From assembly GCA_002269645.1 (NCBI GenBank), contig NIVC01000038.1, positions 1,178,001-1,242,000 of the forward strand: 64,000 nucleotides of DNA, given 5' to 3'. Positions 42,836-55,324 of the stretch are shown in pieces. Positions within the stretch are counted from its first letter, which is position 1. Each line of letters starts with the position of its first letter. The DNA comes from Macrostomum lignano. Lineage: Eukaryota. The notes under the pieces are model-generated. The model was given only the letters and a program-made list of their open reading frames with translations. It was not told where the DNA came from and made no database searches. A program made the position numbers and the translations under genes.

Positions 42836-43454
42836 ATTATTTGATCTTCTAGCACCAATTACCCTCATTCCTAAATCTAATCAGTGATCTGACCATTTAT
42901 TCATTTGTAAATCTGCACTATTTTGCTACTTTGACTTTATGACTTTTTCGGGCGCTCATATCAGTTTTCCGTGACAAATTATTTGCTTTTTTAACTGAAT
43001 GCTTCTATTTTAAGTAAGCAATGTAGGACATTAATATCTGCATATTTTTTGTTTATTTATAGTATTGCCTTCCATTTTGTTTCAATTTATGATCAGCTGG
43101 TTAAATTCTCTTCAATTTTTCCTTAATTTCCACAAATTCGTTTGTCAGTTTTTCTGATTTTTTAGTTAGCAAACTAGTTTTAGTTGCAGACACTTTCTTT
43201 GCGTTAATTGAATGCCATATTGTATTGCACACTTGATCATTGATGATGTCACACGATTTGCCACATTTCCAATTGTTAAAATGGCCATCTACCTGTAAAT
43301 AATGTAGTTCATTTTTATAGGAAGCAACTTTCTTGATTTCAGAAAAGCTTTATTGGCATCATGTTTCAGAAGAAATGTTCAATTGCTGTTCACATTACCT
43401 TAGTTGAATTGCCAGTGAATGCTGCAGTTAACTTGCTTCATTACGGTCACTCTA

Positions 43455-43865
43455 AAGACAGTCCCTCCAAAAGACAGATCACTCCCTTAGACAGGTCACT
43501 CTTTAGACAGATCGCTCCCTTAGACAGGTCACTCTTCAGACAGTTCACTCCCATAGACAGTTCACTCTTCAGACAATTAATTCCCATACAGGTCACTCTT
43601 CAGACAGATCACTCCCTTAGACAAGTCACTCTTCAGACAGATCACTCCCATAGACAGTTCACTCCCTTAGACAGGTCACTCTTTAGACAGATCGCTCCCT
43701 TAGACAGGTCACTCTTCAGACAGTTCACTCCCATAGACAGTTCACTCTTCAGACAATTAATTCCCATACAGGTCACTCTTCAGACAGATCACTCCCATAG
43801 ACAGTTCACACTCTCTTAGACAGGTCACTCTTCAGACAGTTCACTCCCTTAGACAAGTCAGTTCA
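43455..43865. repeat. 16/32-bp repeat with a 180-bp higher-order duplication
   Basis: The block starting near 43486 recurs near 43666. Confidence 0.85.
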
Positions 43866-44389
43866 GTTCCCTTGAACACAGGTTTAAATAAATTGTTAAT
43901 CAATTTTACTAGTCTGTATTTTACTAGATTTACTAGTATTAACTAGTTTTGTTTGAATTAATAGTCTGTCTGTATCCTGGTTATTAAAATTTTACATAAC
44001 ACTCGTATATAGTGTTAATCGCTTCTTATAACTGATTGTGCCTTACTTAAATGATTAATGATTTCATAATGACACAATATTTATATGCATATTATGCCCT
44101 ACCTGCCAAATTGTTTATGACAATAAACTAAACCGAGGCCTTTGCTTGACTTGACAATTTGATTTCGGACAGAGCCATTGCACAAGATTGCAAATTTTAA
44201 AAAAGAAAAAAATTTATGAACAGACTGGAGTTCTTTTTTTATCAAAGCGAAACTAAACAACAAAATTCTCGAAAAATATATATTTATCTTTGTAGAATTG
44301 ACGAGTATTAATAACGAAAACTTTCATTGCGGTCACTGTAAATAGGTCATCTGGTTTCACATGTTTTAAGACCGGTATTATGTCGTAAG

Positions 44390-45130
44390 TGAATGGCGAT
44401 TCTTTGACTGATTGGTGAATAGCGATTCCTAAATTGATTAGTGAATGGCGATTCCTAAATTGATTAGTGAATGGCGATTCCTTAATTGATTGGTGAATGG
44501 CGATTCCTAAATTGATTGGTGAATGGAGATTCTTTGACTAATTGGTGAATGGAGATTCTTTGACTAATTGGTGAATAGCGATTCTTTGACTAATTGGTGA
44601 ATAGCGATTCTTTGACTAATTGGTGAATGGAGATTCTTTGACTAATTGGTGAATAGCGATTCTTTGACTAATTGGTGAATAGCGATTCTTTGACTAATTG
44701 GTGAATGGAGATTCTTTGACTAATTGGTGAATAGCGATTCTTTGACTAATTGGTGAATAGCGATTCTTTGACTAATTGGTGAATGGAGATTCTTTGACTA
44801 ATTGGTGAATGGAGATTCTTTGACTAATTGGTGAATAGCGATTCTTTGACTAATTGGTGAATGGAGATTCTTTGACTAATTGGTGAATGGAGATTCTTTG
44901 ACTAATTGGTGAATGGAGATTCTGACTAATTGGTGAATAGCGATTCTTTGACTAATTGGTGAATGGAGATTCTTTGACTAATTGGTGAATGGAGATTCTT
45001 TGACTAATTGGTGAATTGAGATTCTTTGACTAATTGGTGAATTGAGATTCTTTGACTAATTGGTGAATTGAGATTCTTTGACAAATTGGTGAATGGCGAT
45101 TCTTTGATTGATTGGTGAATGGCGATTTTG
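44390..45130. repeat. 26-bp tandem repeat (GGTGAATGGAGATTCTTTGACTAATT)
   Basis: Direct reading. Confidence 0.95.
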
Positions 45131-45218
45131 AGATTCACTGATATAGGGTGATTCTTAGAAAATCAATAAAAGAAGATTTTGAATATATCGAATTAAGCTT
45201 CGGGCCCTTATAAACAGC

Positions 45219-47954
45219 TCAGAACGGCAGCAGCCGCAGGTACTCGCTGGCCGTGACGCATTCGCAGGTGTCGCAGCCGAAGGCGTCCTGCCTGCTGCCG
45301 TAGAAGCATCCGCAGCTCCGGTTGGGGCAGCGGCATCCGCAGCCGACCTGGCACCCGGTGGCCTCATCAATTTCAAATCCGTGATGGCCGCAGCTTCGGG
45401 AGCAGCGCGGCTTGGCTGGACACCTGCTAGCTGCTGCTGGCTGCAAGCAGTGACACGCATGGCAACCGTAGGCGTCCTTAGCAACAGTGAAATTGCCAGC
45501 CTGACCGCAGCTGGAGATGCACTGGTTGAGGTCGGGGCAGTTGCAAGCGCAGCCGGGAAGCAGGCAGCCCAGAGAGTCCCGCAGGTGGCCGTGCGGGCCG
45601 CAGCTGTTTGAGCAGCTGGGCTCAGTCTGTGAGCACCTGTTCGCTGGCGATTGGCCAGCGCATGAGCAGGTCAGACAGCCGGAGTTCGAATCCTCGCTGA
45701 TGGAGAACTGCTGCCGGGGACAATTGGACGGGCACAGGCGGTCCATGGCGTTGGGCTGCTGGAGGCTGGATTTAGTGATGCAGGGCTGGGAGGCTGGCAG
45801 CTGCTGAGCTGCAGAGTGAGACCTGGAGCCGCCAGAGCAGGCTGAGCACAGCTGGCAGCCGAACCTGTCAATCTCCCAGCGCAGGCAGCTCTCGCCAACT
45901 GGACAGGCCTTTCAATTGAGGATTTGGGCGAGGGATTTTAACACCTCTCTGAACAACAATGATTGCAAAATTGCAAATCCAAATTCTTACACTTTAAATA
46001 AATCAGCTGCAATTATTTTCGTGCATGGAAATTTTTTATTCCGAGTCAAACGTGATTATAAATTCATCATTAGCAAGGCGAAATAATAAGTGGGAAGTGA
46101 GGAAAAATCGCCTTATCACTAATCAGATATGGAAAAATCATCCTCACTTCTTTTCACCAAGAAAAATCGCCTTTCCACCCAAAATTCTTAACGAAAAATC
46201 GCATTTTCCCTAAAATAATTGTCCTAAAAGTACAAATAAAAATCTCCCTCCTCTCCCCATCCCAAGAAAAATCACCCTCTTCCAAAATCACCCTCCTCCA
46301 TCCCTAGAAAAATCGCCCTCCTCCCCCATCCCAAGAAAAATCACCCTCCTCCCCCATCCCAAGAAAAATCACCCTCCTCCCCCATCCCAAGAAAAATCAC
46401 CCTCCTCCCCCATCCCTAGAAAAATCACCCTCCTCCCCATCCCTAGAAAAATCACCCTCCTCCCCATCCCTAGAAAAATCACCCTCCTCCCCCATCCCAA
46501 GAAAAATCGCGCTCCTCCCCATCCCTAGAAAAATCACCCTCCTCCCCATCCCTAGAAAAATCACCCTCCTCCCCCATCCCAAGAAAAATCGCGCTCCTCC
46601 CCATCCCTAGAAAAATCGCCCTCCTTCCCCATCCCAAGAAAAATCGCCCTTCTCCCCATCCCTAGAAAAATCGCCCAGAAAGTAGGTACAAATCGCCCCC
46701 GGAACTTGTGAAAGCACAGTCAGGCGGACAATCCATCCATCATTCACCTGTCTGGCAGGCGGGCACCGGCATGAGCAGTCCCTGACGCAGCCCCGATCGT
46801 CACGAGACTCGCCACTAGCGTAGCCGTAAGATCCGCAACTGTTGGGACAGCGGAGCAGACACGGCGGCGGCGGCGGAGGCGGCGTGGTCAAAGGCTCCGG
46901 CGGGTCCTGCTGACAGACGCACACTGGACAGCCTTCAGTATTCGAATCGCTACCAGTTGCAGCAGAACCCCGCGAGACGAGCCTAGCTGTTGCCGATGCC
47001 AGGCCCAAATCTGAGCAGGCCCTTGAGCAACTAAGGCGAGCTTCATCTCGAGGTAGACAGCGGCAGCGACAGTGGGGACACCCGGCTGAGTCAGTCTGGA
47101 ATCCGGACGGGCAGGAGAGGCGGCAGGCTGATTTGAAGAGCACCATAGATGAAGATTCCGAGCAGCTGGGCGGAGGGCGGCAGATGCCGATTGGACACCC
47201 GCTGGAATCCACTTGCTGTCCTGCGGGGGGGGCGAAAGGCGATGTCTTATATTGGCAAAAATGTGCCTTACACTGTCAAACGCCTAGACGTGATAAAGGA
47301 GAGGCAGTTTATTTAAAGAGGCAAGGCGTAGGTAACCTGCTGGCCCTTAAAAGGGCCGTTTTAGGTTTTAAAAAATTGTATGTAACTCGTGTAAATGTGA
47401 AGCAATGCTATCTTTCGGAAAAGAGGGGCGTCTCCTTTGTTACTCGTAACTGTCGATAACTCATGCTGACGACTGACATCCAATTCCAAACCAAAGGTTC
47501 ATATTCAATTATTCATAAGTCGGTATAAGCCACACTAGCGGGCCTTAAAAGGGCCGTTTTAACTAAAAAACTGGCTTATTTAAACTGGTGTAGTGTAAGG
47601 CCGGGAAGGTTGTTAGTTAATTCTCAAGGGAAGCTTACCATAAGTACAGAATCCAATAGCATCTTTGTTCGTGCCGGGACAGTTATTTCTCATTTTTGTC
47701 TCCTCGTCAGGAGCCGTCTTTGCTGTCGTCAAATTCAGCGCATTCTCGGGGCAGCTGCAGCCGGTGAGCAGACCCGCTGAGCATATCTGATTGATTCTTG
47801 CCGGTTTTAACGACTGGCAGGTGGCGCACAGGCTTCGACATTGAGAATGATGCTCTGCAGTCGAGGAGGAGCAGACTGGTTTGACGCTGCCAAAGATTGT
47901 TACCAGAGCCAGTAGGGCAACAGATAGAAATAGCAATTGATGCTGAGGCGCCAT
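45219..47954 (-). CDS. Secreted cysteine-rich protein with ~10 antistasin-like repeats, ~492 aa (exons 47639-47954, 46748-47220, 45219-45908)
   Basis: Signal-peptide-like start MAPQHQLLFLSVALLALVTIFG. Repeated C-x3-C-x2-G-F-x2-D-x2-G-C-x2-C-x-C units, e.g. CRLSCPSGFQTDSAGCPHCRC and CFYGSRQDAFGCDTCEC. Phases 1,0 sum to 1,479 nt. The last acceptor (AAG) is weak. Confidence 0.85.
46250..46680. repeat. Intronic 28-bp tandem repeat (AAAAATCACCCTCCTCCCCCATCCCAAG)
   Basis: Direct reading. Confidence 0.92.
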
Positions 47955-49229
47955 TATCGTATCAAGCGCTGTGCTGACTTGCAGTCTTGCAGTTTATTGC
48001 TCCCAATCAATTCAAGTCGCGTTTACAACTTTACAATAAATAAGCTTGATAAAGCAAAGCCAAGTCTAGAAAATCAAACCGAAGGGGTGTAGTGTCTTCC
48101 TTATCGCTTATAGCAAGTCTTGGTCTGTGCGTACACGCCCCAGCAATGTACATTGAGCCCCTCGTTATCTAATTGGCTAGAGCAATTTGGTCCAAGGATT
48201 TTATTATGGCTGACTAAAGCAACACCCCCTTTTAGTCGGGGCTTGTTCAGGCACCAATAAAATTTCGTCCCCGGCCCAGCCAGACCCAGACAGTTCAAAT
48301 GACCTTTATACGTATACAGCACTGCTAACTTTATCTGTCAACAAAGGCCCTTTGCGAACATATGTCTGTTGGTCCCTTTGGTAATGGCGGGTAATGGGCT
48401 TCTGTAAGAAGGGATTGTCTTGACTCTTGAGGCCTTGACTGGAATGAAAATGCATGAGAAACCGATAAAAAAAATTTTCTGTGTGCCTGCCTATTCCATT
48501 TGTTCCCACTCGCACGTCGCACTCGCATTAGTAATTGCGAGTATAAATTATATAAGTTATTGGTACTAAATTAAAAGTTCACTGTGAAATGAAGGCATTT
48601 ACCGCGTACCGGTACATAGAAAGTTGTTAAAAAAACACTCCAGCTGTACTACTTACTTATGAGTTATGATCTCCAATTAAAAGATTAAAGTTTACTTTTT
48701 CTCGATGTTGATGTTGCTAAAGAACTTGCACACCCAGTCAGTATCCAGAACATTTGTTGAACAGAACATGCTTGGAAAGTAAAGTTACAACTTTAGCCTT
48801 GGCCTCCTAGACCCAGAGTCTGCAGTCGAGTCCACCCATAGCAAAAAATATACCGTCCTCAACTTGCGGGGGAGAAGCGTGACTCATGCCTTTCTTCTCC
48901 AGGTGCTATCTCTACAGTCTACAACTAACGGCTCACTGCTCAAGTCGGAACAACCGCAAGTTAGCCAGTGACTCACCTTACCACTTACCAGTATGCTAGC
49001 TAGCTAGGGTAGGGATATCGGAAAGGAACGAAGTCTTTTTGTACTCGAGTCAACCCCCAACCCCCACACTCGTACATTTATTGATTCGGTTTCTGGCCTT
49101 CTGTCCTTCAGGGGCTTCCAAGTTGCCTGCCTCTAGCCAATTGATTTCTCCAAGGACTACTGGACCACTACGAGCTAGAAGGACTTCTAGTGATCCTTGG
49201 ATTTTTTTCTTGCTATTCTTTCTTTCTAG

Positions 49230-49304
49230 CAGGGACTCCTAAGCTCGCTTTGCAGAGACGACCTAAGCGAAGCGACAAGCGAGCCTAGGACTTAGGAGTC
49301 CCTG
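49230..49304. mobile_element. 75-bp hAT-type micro-MITE
   Basis: Perfect 14-bp TIR CAGGGACTCCTAAG. Flanks CTTTCTAG and CTTTCTAT give an 8-bp TSD with 1 mismatch. Confidence 0.7.
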
Positions 49305-50454
49305 CTTTCTATAGAGAAATCCTTGCTCTAGCTTAGGAATTCCGGGACAAGTTTTTATTATTATTTCTTCAAAAAGTGTTGAAATATCATATTTAATATA
49401 AATATGAATAGGAACATAACTGGGCCCAAAACTGCTAGTTGCTAGTATTTGATGCTGTGTGAAAGTGAGAGTTGATCAATTGGCTCAATTGATCAAGTCA
49501 ATTTAGAGCTTCTGCTTTAGAAACTTTATTAATACTTTTCGTTTTACATTTTTCTACTCGATACTATCAACATTCTACATTCGTTAGATAAAGATAACAA
49601 TACACAATACATACGTACATACATGTAATATCGCATTTGTAATTTGTGCATCACAGATTTAAATGCAAATTTTGATATTTTGATTTGCTTCTTAACTACT
49701 AATATAGTAGTAGTTTTATACTATTTATTACGTCACAAGATAATGCTGTTTTTCATCTACAAATAGATCATTAACTCTATAGCAATCAAAAATGGAAGTA
49801 AAAAACGGTTTAGCCAATATTTAGCCTTAAAATTTCAACCAAAAACCTTAAAAATCATTGAATTCCACCAGGATTGGCCAAATTTCGGTATTAAATCCCG
49901 GGATCCCGAGATCACAAAAACCGGGATTTTGCAATCCCTAACAACAGGTCTAGGTCTCAACTCTCAACTCTTAAGTCACAGGCCAGTATGTAGTTAACTT
50001 GACAGCGCATCCCGCATTGGGCTCGTTTTTTGACAAAATTACAAATCAAAAAAATGATATTTTGGCAAGGTTAAAAATATATATATTTGCTCGAAATGAA
50101 CTGAAAGAACCGCCTGAATCTTCCAGATTTTCAAGAAAAAAGAAAGGAAACCCCATGGCATGCAGTTTTGGCTTGCTCTGTTGGCTGCTAAAACAACGCA
50201 AGCAATGTCTCTGGTCGACTGGTTGGTAGTGTCCTGCTTTGCCGAGAGTATGAGAAAAGCTGAGTGGCTCGGGACTTTATGCTACTGAGAGTAGCGAGCA
50301 TGAGCTGTGACAGCCTTTGTGAGGGTCTCTGGCCTTAATGAGTGTGTGTAGTTGTTGTTGGATAGGATAGAGGGTGAGACACTGCGGATATGGATTCTCT
50401 ATCGATTATAATCTCGCCCAAAGTCCGTGGCAAACGTGATTCGACGAAGAGCAC

Positions 50455-51015
50455 TAAGTGTTGTGTCACTCAGTTTTGTGTCACTCAGTGTTGTGTCACT
50501 CAGTGTTGTGTCACTCAGTGTTGTGTCACTCAGTGTTGTGTCACTCAGTGTTGTGTCACTCAGTGTTGTGTCACTCAGTGTTGTGTCACTCAGTGTTGTG
50601 TCACTCAGTGTTGTGTCACTCAGTTTTGTGTCACTCAGTTTTGTGTCACTCAGTGTTGTGTCACTCAGTTTTGTGTCACTCAGTTTTGTGTCACTCAGTG
50701 TTGTGTCACTCAGTATTGTGTCACTCAGTTTTGTGTCTCTCAGTTTTGTGTCACTCAGTGCTGCATGTGTTACTCAGTGTTGTGTCACTCAGTGCTGCAT
50801 GTGTTACTCAGTGTTGTGTCACTCAGTGCTGCATGTGTTACTCAGTGTTGTGTCACTCAGTGCTGCATGCGTCACTCAGTGTTTGTGTCACTCAGTGTTT
50901 GTGTCACTCCGTGTTTTGTCACTCAGTGTTGTGTTTGTCACTCAGCTAAGTGTTGTATCAAAAGCTAGTGTTGTGTCACTCAGCTAATGAATTGTGTCAC
51001 TCGGTGTTGTGTCAA
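50455..51015. repeat. 15-bp tandem repeat (TGTCACTCAGTGTTG)
   Basis: Direct reading. Confidence 0.95.
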
Positions 51016-51919
51016 TCGGTGTTATATTTACATATGTATTTCAGTAGCACGGGCGTTAGCACCAGGGGCGCCAGCAAGAGGGACGCCAGCACCAGGGGCG
51101 CTGCAGCACCAGGGGCGCCAGCACTGCAGGGACGACAGCACCAAGAAGTATATCTGGTAAGAATAAAATTCTTTTACCCTTTTATTCTACTAGCAGTAGC
51201 ACATTTTGATTTGCAGTAGCAAATCCGAAGCAGCAGAGGAATTTTATTAACTCCCATGATTTGCTGCTGACTGAAACCCGTCATCAGCAGCAATTTGAGA
51301 TCAGTTCCCTTGCTTCTGCATATTAAAATGAAAACTCATAAATTTGCATTTCCCCGCCGCGGCGCAAACTGAAGCACGCGTCATGAAAGGCGTTCGCGAG
51401 GGCAAACACCTGGCAATTTAATTGGTAATTGCTGTCCACACGAATCTTCAGAAGGAACCCCCCCCCCAAAAGCACGTGCGATTGGCCGGCCGCGCGCCAC
51501 CGTCCCGGCGAGGAAGCTGAGAAAAAATATACTCAAGAGAAAAAAGAAGAAAATTTGACATCGAACTTTTCTGAGGACTGAGCTGCTTTTCTAAGTGAAG
51601 TCACGATTCGAGCTGAGAAGCGATCCAATATAAACAGAAGCTCGACTGTGCATGCACCTTGGAGGGGATCAGTTTCCTTGGCTGTCTCTGTCTCTCTTAA
51701 ACCTGGATGGTCGCTGCGGAGAGTTTGCTCAAACCGGATCCGGTTTCGTTCAAACTCTCTCAATAAACTCACGATTATTTCTATGCGAATTGCACTGAGT
51801 CTCGGGGACTGCAGGCGTGCAGCCTTGGATACCGTGGGGCTGGCCTCATGGTTGCATGGCCTCATGTTGCACCTGAAATCTTTTACGTCTGCTTATCTCA
51901 TAATAACCGATCCGATTTA

Positions 51920-52125
51920 GGTGTCATTGTGGCGCCGATTCTGGTGTCATTGTGGCGCCGATTCTGGTGTCATTGTGGCGCCGATTCTGGTGTCATTGTG
52001 GCGCCGATTCTGGTGTCATTGTGGCGCCGATTCTGGTATCATTGTGGCGCCGATTCTGGTGTCATTGTGGCACCGATTCTGGTGTAATTGTGGCGCCGAT
52101 TCTGGTGCCATTGTGGCGCCGCTTT
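51920..52125. repeat. 23-bp tandem repeat (GTGTCATTGTGGCGCCGATTCTG)
   Basis: About 8 copies. Confidence 0.92.
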
Positions 52126-52524
52126 GGGTAATCATTTGAGAGACGAATTCGAGGTCAGAATAGCGTTAAACTATGATCTATACATCTATTTATATTTGTA
52201 TATAGATCGATGTTATTCAGACTTAATATGAAAGAAACAATCTTCATTTTCCCCATCTTTGAAAGCACTGCAGTAGAACTGCAACGCGCCCCTTGATGAT
52301 GGTTGACACGCTAAGGCCTCTCAGTAGGCATGTTATCGTCCCGTGTGTAAAAACTGAATTCGAGTTCTCTAATAGCCAAACATGCAAGCCACAACGGGAG
52401 CAGTCTGGTCAGCTCAACCGGCAAATCTGTATAATGACTGTATAGAATCTTTGCCATGGGCCTCTTCAACTCTCTTCATGGACCTCTGGAACTGTTCTTG
52501 TGAACTGATGAGTGTGATAAAACT

Positions 52525-53130
52525 GAGCGCTTGTGACAGACATTAGTTGTGGTTGTGATTAAACTGCGCTCTTGTGACAGACATTAGTTGTGGTTGTGAT
52601 TAAACTGCGCTCTTGTGACAGACATTAGTTGTGGTTGTGATTAAACTGCGCTCTTGTGACAGACATTAGTTGTGGTTGTGATTAAACTGCGCTCTTGTGA
52701 CAGACATTAGTTGTGGTTGTGATTAAACTGCGCTCTTGTGACAGACATTAGTTGTGATTGTGATTAAACTGCGCTCTTGTGACAGACATTAGTTGCGATT
52801 GTGAATAAACTGCGCTATTGTGACAGACATTAGTTTTGATTGTGATTAAACTGCGCTCTTGTAACAGACATTAGTTGTGGTTGTGATTAAACTGCGCTCT
52901 TGTGACAGACATTAGTTGTGATTGTGATTAAACTGCGCTCTTGTGACAGACATTAGTTGCGATTGTGAATAAACTGCGCTATTGTGACAGACATTAGTTT
53001 TGATTGTTATTAAACTGCGCTCTTGTAACAGACATTAGTTGTGGTTGTGATTAAACTGCGCTATTGTGACAGACATTAGTTGTGGTTGTGATTAAACTGC
53101 GCTATTGTGACAGACATTAGTTGCGATGAA
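52525..53130. repeat. 41-bp tandem repeat (GTGACAGACATTAGTTGTGGTTGTGATTAAACTGCGCTCTT)
   Basis: About 14 copies, no unique spacers. Confidence 0.95.
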
Positions 53131-53849
53131 ACAAACTTAAATGACAGAATTTAATTCAGTCACGGTTAATCTCAATTACTTGTATTTTGATCTTATTGTT
53201 GATTTGAGCTTCCGATCCAGAAGTAATATTTCTAGCGGTCCCTGGCGGGCCTATCATCTTGATCCTGGACACATGCTCGCAAGCCCGTGGGAATTTAGCA
53301 AACGGGGGCGGGCATTGAAGCCGACTTTTCTCCCAATTCAGATGACGAGTTCCCTACCCCTCAGTCTCACTGGTCATGCAGCTCTTGACAATTTGGACAT
53401 TGTGCAATAAATGAAGCGGTAGTGGCGGCTTCAATCTACCAAACACAGGGTTGTCTTCATCAGCCTTCTGCAGCAGACTTAAGCCAGGCTCGCTGCTTAA
53501 ACCACCGATCTGCCTGTCAATCAATCTTCCCCCTCAGAGTCTGTTCGTATCGTCGCTTTAACGTCACCTGTCAAAGGTCAATTTAATTTTGACTTGCTGG
53601 TTGTCGGTTTGACATCTAAAGAAGCTTATTGAGTTCTTGCAATGTGATTTGTTTTATCGAATCGGGGGTCTGCTGAAAATTCGAACAGATGTCACTAATT
53701 GTTTTTTAAGCGAGAAGTTCATGTAGGAGTTTATATCAATATGGGAGCAGCAATTATAGATAAGAAGCTTATAAGCGTCAGTTTCAGGACTCTCTGGTGC
53801 TGCAGCTCTGCTGAACACTATGGCTGAGGAGTGGGGTGAGAATTTGAGG

Positions 53850-54505
53850 GGTATTTAGAGTGTGGCAGAGGGGTATTTAGAGATAGACAAATAGGGTATT
53901 TAGAGTGAAGCGGAGGGGTATTTAGAGATAGACAAATGGGGTATTTAGAGTATGGCAGAGGGGTATTTAGAGATAGGCAGAGGGGGTATTTAGAGTGAGG
54001 CAGAAGGGGATTTGAGATAGACAAATGGGGTATTTCAAGTGAAGCAGAGGGGTATTTAGAGATAGGCAGAGGGGGTATGTAGAGTGGGGCAGAGGGGTAT
54101 TTAGAGTGAGGCAGAGGGGTATTTAGAGTGGGGCAGAGGGGTATTCAGAGTGAGGCAGAGGGGTATTTAGATTGAGGCAGAGGGGTATTTAGAGTGGGGC
54201 AGAGGGGTATTTAGAGTGAGGCAGAGGGGTTTTTAGAGTGGGGCAGAGGGGTATTTAGAGTGAGGTAGAGGGAGAGTGAGGCAGAGGGGTATTTAGAGTG
54301 AAGCAGAGGGGTATTTAGAGTGAGGCAGAGGGGTATTTAGAGTGAGGCAGAGGGGTATTTAGAGTGAGGCAGAGGGGTATTTAGAGTGAGGCAGAGGGGT
54401 ATTTAGAGTGAGGCAGAGGGGTATTTAGAGTGGGGCAGAGGGGTATTTAGAGTGGGGCAGAGGGGTATTTAGAGTGGGGCAGAGGGGTATTTATCGTGGG
54501 GCAGA
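53850..54505. repeat. 22-bp tandem repeat (GCAGAGGGGTATTTAGAGTGAG)
   Basis: Direct reading. Confidence 0.92.
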
Positions 54506-55324
54506 GGAGAATTCAGAGACAGACTGAGGGGTTTTAAGAGATAGACAGTATCGGATCAGATGCAGCAGATTCTGGTAGGCCTCTTAAAAAAATCAGTTCT
54601 TCACGCCGCGCAGCAGGCAAGCAATTAAAATTTCTTCTTAAATGATTCGAGAAGTCTTCGTTGCAGGCGTAGCCCAGAGACCAATTCAATTTAATTGCTG
54701 TAGTTGCCAGGGCGGCTCCCAGTTCATGCGCGAGAAAGAGTTTTGTTATGTTTTTTCAAACAAGCAATATCTGGAAAGTGAAAGGTGTTAACAAGGCCTG
54801 TGGCGGCATGAGCATTCAATGAGGGTCTCCAATTAAAGACAGTTTCTGTTCTCTTCTGCTTCTCTGTCTTGACCCCTCGTCACCTTTTTCTTTCCACACT
54901 CCCCGCCCCTCAAGTCTTTGTTCTTGGCATTGTCTTTGTTCCATTCATTTTTCTCACCTGACTGATGGGAGCTCTTTACATGCTTCGCATCAACTGAGGA
55001 CTTCAATACCCAAGTAGATTTTTCATTATGTATCATTCTTTCTCCCTCTTCTTGATCAGTTTTGCGGAACAATGGTTATGGTTATAGCATTGCTATATCA
55101 GTTCCACTAGTCTTGGACCGTTGTGGACAAAAATCCTATTGAAGGACCAGGGTATCGCCAGGGTTTCTTTCTTCTGCGCAGAAAGGAACCAACCCCTGCC
55201 ATACTGACACTTTCTCACAGAAGACTTCTGTGTGATGGCGTGGTGGTGACCTGGCTGAATCTGCATGGCTGAATGGCAGCTCTGTGTATTTTACTATTAA
55301 TTTGTGCTTAGGGTATTTTAGACA

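Noticed and set aside
52525-53130. CRISPR-like appearance of regular 29-42-bp repeats (also 1415-1825, 23500-23710, 26870-27710, 42110-42835)
   Set aside because: The units are head-to-tail with no unique spacers, there are no cas genes, and the context is eukaryotic and intron-rich.
51533-55072. Minus-strand ORFs 51533..51865 and 54833..55072 as exons of a further gene
   Set aside because: No recognisable domain and no phase-consistent multi-exon model. One exon-like segment (~51773-51871) exists but is unsupported.
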